This document shows, piece after piece, positions 9,623-19,378 of a stretch of DNA of 64,000 nucleotides. Where the stretch lies: NCBI GenBank assembly GCA_026004875.1, contig BPJZ01000004.1, positions 44,728 through 108,727 of the forward strand, given 5' to 3'. Origin of the DNA: Candidatus Poribacteria bacterium. GTDB taxonomy: Bacteria; Poribacteria; WGA-4E; GCA-2687025. The notes beneath the pieces were generated by a model that was not told where the DNA came from, did no database searches, and saw only the letters and a list, made by a program, of their open reading frames with translations. Position 1 is the stretch's first letter. Every line of letters starts with the position of its first letter. Made by a program: the position numbers and the translations under genes.

Positions 9623-12043
9623 ATGGAGCAATCGAGCGTTCGTTTTTGGGGAACGCTGCTTCTGCTAGGAGCGGTGCTTCTCTCCAGAGCAGGCGCTGCG
9701 GACCCGCCGTTTTTGGCCGAAGATCGGTCGTCTCCAGTGCTAAGCGCAATGCTTCCAGCACTGCCTGTCGCGGCTCCTGACGGGCCGCTGGGCTCAAACG
9801 TCAACCCAGCGGTATTGGCGGCTTCGCCTCGCTTAAGTCTTCGCTACATCCGGGGGGTTCAGGGTTCCCCTCGAGGGGAGAACAGCTTCTGGTTTGCGGC
9901 CAAGGGGGTGGGGATGGGCTTAGAGTACTTCTCCGCTTCGCCACCGGTGCCGACACCAGGACTCCTGCCGGAGACAGTCTCCCTCCGTCGTTGGACCTGG
10001 TCGGGCGGCTCCCACCTAGGGGGTGGCCTCTACTGGGGAGTGGCACGAATCAGCTACGCTTCCCAAGACCCTCAATACGACCGGCTGAGCCTCTGGGACG
10101 TAGGGCTGCTCTACCGTCGGCAGTGGGTTTCGCTTGGCTTGGTCGTGCGCCGGCTCAACCGCCCGGAGCTTTACGGCCAACGGTTGGAACGAGCGTTCGA
10201 TCTGGGAGTCGCCTGGAGACCTCGAACGGATCGCCTTACGTTTTCGTTCGACCTGCGCCGATTAGATTCGGAATCGTTTCGGACGGCATGGAAGCGCCAA
10301 CGCTACCGATTAGGCCTGAACCTGGAACCGATCGAAGGGGTGGAGATTCAGGCGAATGCCTATGGAAACCGCCAGTTTGACCTTGCGGTGACGCTCCGGT
10401 GGGGAACGGTCGGAATCGGAGGGCTCCATCGCCTGGAGGAGGGCCAGAAAGCTGGCACAATCGGCTGGATTGAGCTCCGCGAAGACCAGACCCATCCGCC
10501 TCTTCGCCGTCGCCGGATCGCCCTGGACCTGAAGCTTCAGGACTGGGAGGAGATCTATCCTCGACTGCGCGACGACCAGACGGTGGCGGGGGTGCTCCTC
10601 CGGCTGGACGGCGAACGGATGCCCTTGGCCCACTGGGAAGCGCTGCGAAAGCAGATCTTGGACCTGCGCCACCGCGGGGTAGAGGTGTTGATCTTCATCC
10701 GCCGAACCGGCACGGGCGGCTATTGGATCGCCTCTGCCGCCGACGGGATTCTGATAGACCCGCTGGGTGAGCTGGAGCTAACCGGCCTCCACTCCCGACG
10801 GCTTTATTACGGTCCGCTGTTGGAACGAATCGGCCTGGAGCCAATCTTCGTTCGCCGAGGGCCGTACAAGGCCGCGCCGGAGAGCTGGACACAGCAGGGA
10901 CCCTCCCCAGCCGCCGAGCACAACCGGGAGGCGTTGTTCGCAGAACTCTTCTTACGGGTCTCGACCGACCTGACACGTTCAAGGCCCCAGATATCCGCCC
11001 CTTTGGGGGTGCTGTATCGGCAGGGGTACTTTCTGGGCGCGGAAGCCGTCTCCGCAGGACTAGCGGACGACTCCGTTACCAAGCAGGAGGCAGCGACACA
11101 GCTCCGGGAACGGCTCAAGGCCCAGCTCCTCACGGCCCAGGAGTACCGTTCGGAACGGCATCGCTCCCGGAGCTGGACCGTTCCTCCTTCGCGGATCGCC
11201 GTCATTCGGATTCAGGGAACGTTAGTCGAGAAGGCCGACTGGTTCCAGGTGGCCAGTGGGGAGGTCTGCTCCGCCGAGGAGATCGCCCAGGCCTTGGACC
11301 GAGCGCGCTCCGACGACTCGGTGCGGGCGACCGTTCTGGCAATCGACAGCGGTGGCGGACTGGTCAGCGCCGCCGAACGCATCTGGCGATCCGTCGCCCA
11401 GGCGGCCGAGGAAAAGCCGATCGTCGCGGTGATCGAGGGGATCGGGGCCTCCGGCGCCTACTATGTGGCCACCGGCGCCCACCGGATTTTGGCCGGAGCC
11501 ACCTCGATCACCGGTTCGATCGGAGTTTACTCCGGAATCATCGGTGTCGGTGGCCTGCTCGATCGCCTGGGGATTGCAGCCTCAGAGCTAGATTATGGCT
11601 ACGCCGGCAGTACGGGCCTCTGGACGACCTCACCGACGCCGGAGGACCGAGAACGCCTGGAGCGCCAGGTTGGCCGACTGTACGATCATTTTATCCGAAG
11701 CGTTGCAGAACGCCGCTTGCTTCCGCTACCGTTAACCATAGCAGCGGCCGAAGGTCAGGTTTGGACCGGTCGAAGTGCGCGGGCGCGGGGGCTCATCGAC
11801 GCCATTGGAACTCTGGAGGATGGAATCGCGGAGGCCAAGCGACTAGCCGGAATCCCGGCCCAAGGAGCGGTTGAGCTTCTCTGGCTTCCGGAGCCTTCTT
11901 GGAAGAGACGCATCTCCCAGATGCTCGCTCCTCTCTCCGGGAGGGTCCCTCGTCCTTGGGCCGCGATTGTCGGCGAAGCTGGAGGGCGCAGGCTCGGCGA
12001 ACCGATGGCCTACGAGCCGCTGGCCCAGTGGGAGACACCGTGA
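9623..12043 (+). CDS. sppA: S49 signal peptide peptidase SppA (67K type) fused to an N-terminal predicted outer-membrane beta-barrel
   Basis: C-terminal tandem S49 domains (GPYKAAPE Lys; IDSGGG; GASGAYYVA Ser; TGSIGV; GQVWTG). The N-terminal ~300 aa have a signal peptide, NPAVLA and amphipathic beta-strands. Confidence 0.8.
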   Translation: MEQSSVRFWGTLLLLGAVLLSRAGAADPPFLAEDRSSPVLSAMLPALPVAAPDGPLGSNVNPAVLAASPRLSLRYIRGVQGSPRGENSFWFAAKGVGMGLEYFSASPPVPTPGLLPETVSLRRWTWSGGSHLGGGLYWGVARISYASQDPQYDRLSLWDVGLLYRRQWVSLGLVVRRLNRPELYGQRLERAFDLGVAWRPRTDRLTFSFDLRRLDSESFRTAWKRQRYRLGLNLEPIEGVEIQANAYGNRQFDLAVTLRWGTVGIGGLHRLEEGQKAGTIGWIELREDQTHPPLRRRRIALDLKLQDWEEIYPRLRDDQTVAGVLLRLDGERMPLAHWEALRKQILDLRHRGVEVLIFIRRTGTGGYWIASAADGILIDPLGELELTGLHSRRLYYGPLLERIGLEPIFVRRGPYKAAPESWTQQGPSPAAEHNREALFAELFLRVSTDLTRSRPQISAPLGVLYRQGYFLGAEAVSAGLADDSVTKQEAATQLRERLKAQLLTAQEYRSERHRSRSWTVPPSRIAVIRIQGTLVEKADWFQVASGEVCSAEEIAQALDRARSDDSVRATVLAIDSGGGLVSAAERIWRSVAQAAEEKPIVAVIEGIGASGAYYVATGAHRILAGATSITGSIGVYSGIIGVGGLLDRLGIAASELDYGYAGSTGLWTTSPTPEDRERLERQVGRLYDHFIRSVAERRLLPLPLTIAAAEGQVWTGRSARARGLIDAIGTLEDGIAEAKRLAGIPAQGAVELLWLPEPSWKRRISQMLAPLSGRVPRPWAAIVGEAGGRRLGEPMAYEPLAQWETP

Positions 12044-12678
12044 ACGCAGAACAACGACGCGCCCAAATGGTGAAAACCCAGATCGAGGCGCGGGGCATTG
12101 ACGACCCGCGACTGCTGGAAGCGATGCGCCGCGTCCCGCGCGAGCTGTTTGTTCCAGCCCATCTTCGGGAGTTCGCTTTCGACGATGGGCCGTTGCCGAT
12201 CGGTCAGGATCAGACCATCTCCCAGCCGTATATCGTGGCCTACATGACCGATCTGCTCCAGCTCAGCGGCGACGAGAAGGTTCTTGAGATCGGGACCGGA
12301 AGCGGCTACCAGACGGCGATCCTGGCGGAGCTGGCCAAGGAAGTCTACACTGTGGAGATTCTCCCCGGCCTGGCCGAACGGGCTCGACAGCGGCTCCAAG
12401 AGTTGGGGTACACCAACGTTCACTTTCGCGTCGGTGACGGAAGCGAGGGTTGGCCTGAAGAGGCGCCCTTTGACCGTATCCTGCTGACCGCCGCGCCCGC
12501 GCGGGTACCTCAAACGCTCCTGGAGCAACTGAAGGTTGGTGGCATCCTGGTCGCCCCAGTAGGACGGGGAATTCAACAGCTGGTCAAGATTGTTCGAGAA
12601 CCTCAAGGCTATACTGAGATGTACTACGGTGGCGTGCGCTTTGTCCCGATGACCGGTAAAGCGCTGGAAGAGGAGTAG
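12040..12678 (+). CDS. pcm: Protein-L-isoaspartate O-methyltransferase
   Basis: GTG start overlaps the sppA stop (GTGA). VPRELF, QTISQPYIVA, VLEIGTGSGYQ and FVPM motifs. Confidence 0.95.
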   Translation: MNAEQRRAQMVKTQIEARGIDDPRLLEAMRRVPRELFVPAHLREFAFDDGPLPIGQDQTISQPYIVAYMTDLLQLSGDEKVLEIGTGSGYQTAILAELAKEVYTVEILPGLAERARQRLQELGYTNVHFRVGDGSEGWPEEAPFDRILLTAAPARVPQTLLEQLKVGGILVAPVGRGIQQLVKIVREPQGYTEMYYGGVRFVPMTGKALEEE

Positions 12679-12690
12679 GGCGCAAAGCAG

Positions 12691-13245
12691 GTGATCGAGG
12701 CCTACCTGAAGTACCTCTGGAACCTGATCTGGACGCCAAACGGACTGCTGACCGTCGGGACGATTCTCGGCGTCGTCTGGCTCTACCGGCTTTACTCCAA
12801 ACGGATGGAGATTCCCGGCCTGACGATCGAGGTGCTCGGCCAGGAGTCCTGGTTTGTCCACCGAGACGACAACCATCGGATGGTGATCGTTCTCAGCCTT
12901 CGGCTGCAGAACCGAAGCGGTCAAGAGGTCCAGATCGAACGGATGCGGTTTAGCGGCTACGCACCAGTGGAAAAGCCGACCCCGATCGTTCTGGAAGGGA
13001 AGCGGAACAGTGTCCCCCTACCCTACCCGGGGCATGAGTTTTATAGCGGCCGGGAGCCACTGTCGATCCCGCCGTACAGCGAGCGGACCGTGTGGGTCTG
13101 CTTCGAGTCCCGCGTTGTCGATCTGAAGAACCGGATCGCCGCACCGCTAGTCTTACGCTCCAAAAGCGGCCATCGGAACAGCGTCCGGGTTCAATTGGCT
13201 CGGCACCCGTACCAGATCCAACTGTATTATGAGAGCTGGCTGTGA
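12691..13245 (+). CDS. Hypothetical membrane-anchored protein with beta-sandwich-like domain
   Basis: N-terminal TM helix followed by a beta-rich domain; co-directional and closely spaced with pcm and rsmH. Confidence 0.6.
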   Translation: MIEAYLKYLWNLIWTPNGLLTVGTILGVVWLYRLYSKRMEIPGLTIEVLGQESWFVHRDDNHRMVIVLSLRLQNRSGQEVQIERMRFSGYAPVEKPTPIVLEGKRNSVPLPYPGHEFYSGREPLSIPPYSERTVWVCFESRVVDLKNRIAAPLVLRSKSGHRNSVRVQLARHPYQIQLYYESWL

Positions 13246-13264
13246 GGGAGGGCCCTGAGAGGCG

Positions 13265-14194
13265 ATGAGGTCCTCCGCTTTGGATTCGGTTCACGTTCCC
13301 GTCCTCTTAGAAGAGGTGATGGGGCTGTTTTCGCCCGGGTCGGGGACCTACGTCGACGCGACGGTCGGACTTGGAGGACATGCCTTTGAGCTCCTCCGGC
13401 GAGGGGGAGAGGGACTTCGATTGATCGGCATAGATCGCGATCCGGAGGCGCTTCAGATCGCCCAAGAGCGGCTTTTGGAGTTTGGCGATCGGGTTCGGCT
13501 GGTGCACGCGGAGTTCGACCGTCTGGACGAGGTGCTCGACGCGTTAAACGTTGAGGAGGTGCAAGGGGTGCTCTTTGACCTGGGGATGTCCTCCTATCAG
13601 TTAGAGCGCTCCGGTCGGGGCTTTTCGTTTCTGTCCGACGAACCGTTGGACATGCGCATGAACCCCGAAACCGGCTTGACGGCGGCGGACGTAGTTAATC
13701 ATTGGCGAGTGGAGGAGCTGGAGGCCTGCTTGAGGACGTACGGGGAGGAGCGGTTTGCCCGTCGGATTGCTCGGGCCGTCGAGCGGGCGCGACGGAGGAG
13801 GCCGATTCGCACCGCGCGGGAGCTGGCGGAGCTCGTGTCCCAGGCCGTCCCGCGCAGGCGTTCGCGGCTGCACCCGGCGACGCGAGTCTTTCAAGCGCTG
13901 CGGATCGTCGTGAACGACGAGCTGGGCCAGCTAGAACGAGCCCTTCCTCAAGCAATTCGACGATTGGCCCCCGGAGGGGTGTGCGCCGTGATCGCGTTCC
14001 ACTCGCTGGAGGACCGGCGCGTCAAGCGCTTCTTTCGGGAGCTGGCCGGCTCCTCCGACTCGCTTCCGGAACCGCTGCGCTCTCGAACGTTCGAACTGCT
14101 GACTAAGCGGCCGATTGTTCCGACCGAGGAGGAGATTGCCCAGAACCCCAGAGCGCGAAGCGCAAAGCTCCGCGCCCTTCGAAGAAGGGCCTGA
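13265..14194 (+). CDS. rsmH: 16S rRNA m4C1402 methyltransferase
   Basis: HVPVLLEE, DATVGLGGH, DLGMSS.QL, PLDMRM, FHSLEDR and NPRARSAKLR motifs. Confidence 0.97.
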   Translation: MRSSALDSVHVPVLLEEVMGLFSPGSGTYVDATVGLGGHAFELLRRGGEGLRLIGIDRDPEALQIAQERLLEFGDRVRLVHAEFDRLDEVLDALNVEEVQGVLFDLGMSSYQLERSGRGFSFLSDEPLDMRMNPETGLTAADVVNHWRVEELEACLRTYGEERFARRIARAVERARRRRPIRTARELAELVSQAVPRRRSRLHPATRVFQALRIVVNDELGQLERALPQAIRRLAPGGVCAVIAFHSLEDRRVKRFFRELAGSSDSLPEPLRSRTFELLTKRPIVPTEEEIAQNPRARSAKLRALRRRA

Positions 14195-14217
14195 AAAACC
14201 GCCAAAAGGGGAAGAGG

Positions 14218-14685
14218 ATGTTTTCGCGCACCGAGCCGCTCCGTCGGGTTGTTTGCCAGGAAGGATCATCGTCGAGGCCGGGTCTGCGCTTTCGGCGGTG
14301 GAAGCGCTTTGGGCTGCCGATCGCTCTTGGCCTGCTGCTTGTTCCGGTCGGCCTGGCTCAGGCTTGGCTAGTTCAGAGCCGCCATGCGGTCGCTCACGAA
14401 GTGCGTCAACTAGACGCGGAGATCCGACGGCTGGAAAACGAGATTGACGCCCTTCACCTTCAAGCTGAAGCGCTCCAGTCCCCCGCCCGGGTTCGAGAGT
14501 TGGCCCGCGCCGGCGGATACGTCGTTCCCGAGGCGGCGCCGGTTCTGGTACCACCCCGTCAGGACCGGGACCTGATGGCCGCTTTGGAAGCGGATCAAGC
14601 GGCCACCGGCGAAGGATCGCCCCAAGGTCCGCTGTCTGCAGGCTTGCTTCCCTCATGGGGATGGCGAGGAGAGCCCCAGAGATGA
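14218..14685 (+). CDS. ftsL: Cell division protein FtsL-like
   Basis: TM helix plus coiled coil and 'LQSPARVRELA', located between rsmH and ftsI. Confidence 0.75.
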   Translation: MFSRTEPLRRVVCQEGSSSRPGLRFRRWKRFGLPIALGLLLVPVGLAQAWLVQSRHAVAHEVRQLDAEIRRLENEIDALHLQAEALQSPARVRELARAGGYVVPEAAPVLVPPRQDRDLMAALEADQAATGEGSPQGPLSAGLLPSWGWRGEPQR

Positions 14686-16475
14686 CCGACGCCCACCGCA
14701 ACCGACGCATTCGCTGGCTCGCGTTGGGGATGGTGGGGGTGTTCTTGGCGATTCTCGCCCGCCTTTTTCAGATTCAGCAAGTCGAACCGGAGTCGTTCAG
14801 CGCACGCGGGGACCAATTTCGGACCCAGCTTGCGGAGCGCATCCGGCGCGGAACGATTGTTGACCGCCGGGGGCGGGAGCTGGCGATCAGCACCTACGCC
14901 TACTCCCTTTACGTGGATCCCTCCTATTATCGGCAACTGCTTCGGCTGGGCCGCTTCACCTCTGAAGAGCTCGCCCAGAGGAAGGCCACTCTCGCTCGGA
15001 TTCTCTCTGAAGTGCTGAACGTGCCCCTCTCGGAAGTCGCCTCACGGCTGGACAGTCCGCGCGCCTTTGAGTGGGTTCGGCGTTGGGTGGACTACGAGAC
15101 CCTGGAGGCCTTGGAGGATCGGCTTCGCCAAGTGCATCTGGGGTGGTGGCCCCGAAGTGCCCTGGACTACCGCATCGAGGAGCGCAGAGTCTACCCCCGC
15201 GGGTCCCTGGCTGCTCACCTGATCGGCTACACCAACGTGGACGGCAAGGGGCTCGACGGTTTGGAGCGTCGCTATGACCAGCTGTTGCGAAGCCAGGAGG
15301 TCGCCCGGCGCGCCCTCAAAGACGGAAGAGGGCGCGTCCTAGACCCCCAAGCGCTGGCGGAGGAGCCTCCGGAGTTCACCGTACAACTGACGACTACGCT
15401 GGACGAGCGGATCCAATTCTTCCTTGAAGAGGAGCTGGAGGCGGCGTGTCAAAAAACGCGAGCCGCCGGCGGCGTGGGGATCGTGATGAACCCTCGCACC
15501 GGAGCCGTGTTGGCCCTGGCCAACCACCCAGCCTTCGATCTGAACGCTTACAACGACCCGAAAATTCCGACTGCAGTGCGCCGGAACCGAGCGATCTGGT
15601 GGCCGTACGAGCCGGGTTCTGTCTTCAAGGTCTTTACGCTCGCAGCTCTCCTAGAAGAGGGAAGAGTCCGGCTGGACGAACCGATCTTCTGCGAAAACGG
15701 CCTTTACCAGCCCCATCCAAGGCTTCGGCCGATTCGAGACGTTCACCCCGCCGGATGGCTGAGCTTTGAAGAAGTGATCGTTCAGTCCAGCAACATCGGA
15801 GTGTTGAAGGTGACCAGCGAGCGGCTCCCTTTGGACCGGTTTCGCGAGTACCTGATCCGGTTCGGCTTGGACCAAAAGACGGGAATCGATCTGCCCTACG
15901 AACGGACGGGAAGCCTTGCCGCGCTGCGCGACCCCAGCGGGTACGCCCTCTATTACGCCCCGTGGGGGCAGGGGATCTCAGTCACGCCGCTTCAACTCCT
16001 CGTGGGCGTCAATGCACTGGCCAACGACGGGGTATTGATGAAACCCTACGTCGTGGCCGCCGCGTCCGATCCGTCGGGGCGACGGCTCTGGGAGGCAAGT
16101 CCGACACCGATAGGCCGCGCCGTGCGTCCTGAAACGGCCCGCCGCGTCGTCCAGGTGATGCGCCGGGTCGTTGAAGAGGGCACGGGCCGGGCCGCTCAGC
16201 TTCCTGGTCTCTCCGTCGCCGGGAAGACGGGGACCTCACAGAAGGTCTCTCCCCAAGGGGGCTACGAACGGGACGCCTTCGTCGCCAGCTTTGTGGGGTT
16301 CTTTCCTGCGGAGGATCCGCGCTACTCGATTCTGATTGTGATTGACGAGCCCCAAGGGGAGCATTACGGCGGGCGAGTGGCTGCGCCCGTCTTCCGTCGG
16401 GTCGCCGAGCGTATCCTTCAGTATGAGCGGCTGGAAGCCGGCCTGGCCTCCGCTGGAGAACACGAGGACCTGTAA
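14682..16475 (+). CDS. ftsI: Class B penicillin-binding protein FtsI
   Basis: RGTIVDRRG, RVYPRG, GLER.YD, EPGSVFK (SxxK), SSN and KTGT motifs. Confidence 0.93.
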   Translation: MTDAHRNRRIRWLALGMVGVFLAILARLFQIQQVEPESFSARGDQFRTQLAERIRRGTIVDRRGRELAISTYAYSLYVDPSYYRQLLRLGRFTSEELAQRKATLARILSEVLNVPLSEVASRLDSPRAFEWVRRWVDYETLEALEDRLRQVHLGWWPRSALDYRIEERRVYPRGSLAAHLIGYTNVDGKGLDGLERRYDQLLRSQEVARRALKDGRGRVLDPQALAEEPPEFTVQLTTTLDERIQFFLEEELEAACQKTRAAGGVGIVMNPRTGAVLALANHPAFDLNAYNDPKIPTAVRRNRAIWWPYEPGSVFKVFTLAALLEEGRVRLDEPIFCENGLYQPHPRLRPIRDVHPAGWLSFEEVIVQSSNIGVLKVTSERLPLDRFREYLIRFGLDQKTGIDLPYERTGSLAALRDPSGYALYYAPWGQGISVTPLQLLVGVNALANDGVLMKPYVVAAASDPSGRRLWEASPTPIGRAVRPETARRVVQVMRRVVEEGTGRAAQLPGLSVAGKTGTSQKVSPQGGYERDAFVASFVGFFPAEDPRYSILIVIDEPQGEHYGGRVAAPVFRRVAERILQYERLEAGLASAGEHEDL

Positions 16476-16476
16476 G

Positions 16477-17949
16477 ATGCGCCTGACCGCACTGCTCGAG
16501 GGGCTGAGCTACCGAATATTGGCGGGACCCTTGGACCCAGAAGTTTGTGAGCTCGTCCACAACCACCAGGAGGTAAGGCCGAAAGCCGCCTTTGTGGCGA
16601 TCCAGGGGGCCCGGTTCGATGGCCACGCGTTTGTTCCCGAGGCAATTCAACGCGGAGCCGGAGCGGTGATCGTTGAGCGCCCCGTCGAGGTGCCGCCGGA
16701 GGTTACTGTCGTTCAGCTTGAGGACACACGTCGGGCACTGTCGCTCCTGGCCGCCAACCGTTACGGGCATCCCGCCAACTCGCTAGTACTGGTCGGGGTA
16801 ACCGGCACTAACGGGAAGACTTCGGTCACCTATCTGGTTCAGAGCCTGTTTGCTCGGCGGGGGTACGCTTGCTCGCGAATCGGAACGATCGCCTACGAGA
16901 TCGGCGGGGAGCTGCTCTCCGCTGGAACAACGACGCCGGACGCGCTGGAGCTTCAACGGCTGCTCCGGAGGGCCGTGGATCGTGGCTCCCAAGCGGTCGT
17001 CATGGAGGTCTCCTCCCACGCCCTGGTTCAACACCGCGTAGCCGCTCTCCAGTTTGACGTCGCCGTTTGGACGAATTTGACCCAGGACCATCTGGACTTC
17101 CATCAGACGATGGAGGCTTATCGGGACGCCAAGCTTCTGTTGTTTCGTCGCCACCTCAAGCCGAGCGGGCTGGCCGTGCTGAACCGGGATGATCCCCTTT
17201 ACCCGGCGTTTCGCACGGCCGCGGAAGAGGCGGGGGCCCAGAGGATCACCTTTGGACGGGACGGGTCGGCGGACGTGCGCGCTGAAGCTGTCGAGTTGAC
17301 GCCGACGGAGACCCGATTTCTCCTTCGCTGGAACGATAAGGCCCAACCGGTGCGGCTGCGGCTGCTGGGGATCTTCAGCGTCTGGAACGCCCTGGCCGCC
17401 GCAGCGGTCGGGCTTGGGATGGGATGGGAGCTTCCAGAGATCGTCGAGGCGATCGAGTCGGTCCCCGGCGTGCCGGGCCGGTTCGAACCGGTCCACGCCG
17501 GACAGCCGTTCGGTGTAGTGGTGGACTACGCCCACACCCCGGACGCGCTCAAGAACTCCTTGAAGGGGCCCGTTCCCTCCGACCGCAGCGGGTGATCTGC
17601 GTCTTTGGATGCGGGGGGGACCGCGACCGGGCAAAGCGCCCGATCATGGGACGAATCGCCGCCGAGCTGGCCGATCTAGTGATCCTCACCTCGGACAACC
17701 CTCGCACCGAAGATCCGATCCGGATTCTCCAAGAGATCGAGGAGGGGATCCCAAACGGAACCTCGTACCTCGTGATTCCCGATCGGGAGGAAGCGATTCG
17801 ACACGCCGTTGGGAAAAGCCCAGGAGGGAGACCTGATCCTCATCGCTGGAAAGGGCCACGAGGATTATCAGATCGTTGGGGACCGACGATTGCCCTTTGA
17901 CGATCGAGAGGTTGCCCAGAAAGTGCTGTTGGAGCGGTTCTCTGCGTAA
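16477..17949 (+). CDS. murE: UDP-MurNAc-tripeptide synthetase MurE (two apparent frameshifts at ~17552 and ~17812)
   Basis: [24 protein letters not shown] in frame 1; FGCGGDRD and SDNPR in frame 2; AGKGHEDYQ...PFDDR in frame 3 ending TAA at 17949. DNPR suggests meso-DAP specificity. Confidence 0.9.
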
Positions 17950-17971
17950 TTGGAAGGCGAGAGGAAGCGCT

Positions 17972-19372
17972 GTGCGTTGGACGGTTCAGGAGATCGTCAA
18001 GGTCACGGGCGGAACGCTGCTTCGCGGCGACCCAGCGCGGTTTGTCGAGCGTTTCTCCACCGACAGCCGGACGTTGGAGCCGGGGGAGTGGTTCGTGCCA
18101 TTGCGGGGCGAGCGTTTTAACGGCCACGACTTCTTAGAAGCGGCGTTGGATCGAGGAGCAGTAGGAGCCTTCGCCGCTCACGAAGAGGCCTCCGCCCGTC
18201 GCGACGTCCTAAACCGCTATCCGCACGCGATCCTCGTTGACGACCCCCTAGAGGCGCTGATCGCCCTGGCCCGTTCGGCGCGCTCGGCCTTCTCTGGACC
18301 GGTGGTGGGGATTACCGGCAGCAACGGTAAGACGACGGCCAAGGAGTTCACCGCGGCGGTCTTGGGGCCGGAGGCCCTCAAGGCGCCGGCCAGCTTTAAC
18401 AACCGAATCGGGGTGGCTCGGACGCTGATCGCACTAAGCCCCCAAAGCCATCGGTTCGTCGTCTGCGAGCTGGGGACCAACCACCCGGGCGAGATCGCGG
18501 AGCTGGTGAAGATCGTCCAACCGACGATCGGGGTGTTCCTGAACGTCGGGCCGGTCCATTTAGAGTTCTTCAAGGACGAGGAGGCGATCGCCGAAGAGAA
18601 GAGCTGTCTTCCCAAGTCGAGTGAGTGGGCCGTGTTGAACGCCGATGATCCACGGGTGATCCGCTACGCTCCGGAGTGTCGGAACGTTCTGACCTTCGGG
18701 CGCTCGGAGGGGGCCGAGGTCCGCGCTGGCCTGGTAACGCTGGACGAACTGGGACGACCGACGTTTGAGCTGATCGTTCGCGGAGACCGGGTCGGCCGGG
18801 TGGGGCTCCGGGCTAACGGAGCCCATCACGTTGTTAACGCACTGGCCGCGGCGGCGGTCGGCGTGCTTTGTGGAGTTCCCGGAGAGGCACTGCTCCAACG
18901 GCTCGCCGATGCGGAGCCGCCACCGATGCGGACCCAGCGGTTGACCCTTCACGGCGTCGAGTGGATTCACGACGCTTATAACGCCAACCTGCCCAGCGTC
19001 CGGGCAGCGCTGGAGCTGTTCCGGCGGGTGCCCGCCGCGGGTCGCCGCTGGGTGATCCTCGGCGAGATGGCCGAGCTCGGGGCTGCCGCTGAGGACCATC
19101 ATCGCGCCGCGGCCGGAGCGCTTTCGCCGGACTGGTGCGACGTTTTCGTAGCCGTCGGCCCGTACGCCGACGCGATGGCCCAAGCCGCGCAGAAGGCCGG
19201 AGTCTTGGCGATCTTCCGGTTCCCGACGGTAGAAGAGGTCTGCGAAAGCCTGCCGGAGATGCTCGCCCCTGGCGATCTGGTGTTACTAAAGGGCTCCCGA
19301 CGGGCTCGGATGGAACGAATCGTGGAGCGCTTCGCCTGCGAGGGCGGCGCCATCACCCTGAAAGCGCCGTAG
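17972..19372 (+). CDS. murF: UDP-MurNAc-pentapeptide synthetase MurF
   Basis: TDSR, GITGSNGKTTAKE, SFNN.IG, DAYNAN, LGEMAELG and KGSR motifs. Confidence 0.95.
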   Translation: MRWTVQEIVKVTGGTLLRGDPARFVERFSTDSRTLEPGEWFVPLRGERFNGHDFLEAALDRGAVGAFAAHEEASARRDVLNRYPHAILVDDPLEALIALARSARSAFSGPVVGITGSNGKTTAKEFTAAVLGPEALKAPASFNNRIGVARTLIALSPQSHRFVVCELGTNHPGEIAELVKIVQPTIGVFLNVGPVHLEFFKDEEAIAEEKSCLPKSSEWAVLNADDPRVIRYAPECRNVLTFGRSEGAEVRAGLVTLDELGRPTFELIVRGDRVGRVGLRANGAHHVVNALAAAAVGVLCGVPGEALLQRLADAEPPPMRTQRLTLHGVEWIHDAYNANLPSVRAALELFRRVPAAGRRWVILGEMAELGAAAEDHHRAAAGALSPDWCDVFVAVGPYADAMAQAAQKAGVLAIFRFPTVEEVCESLPEMLAPGDLVLLKGSRRARMERIVERFACEGGAITLKAP

Positions 19373-19378
19373 TTTACC

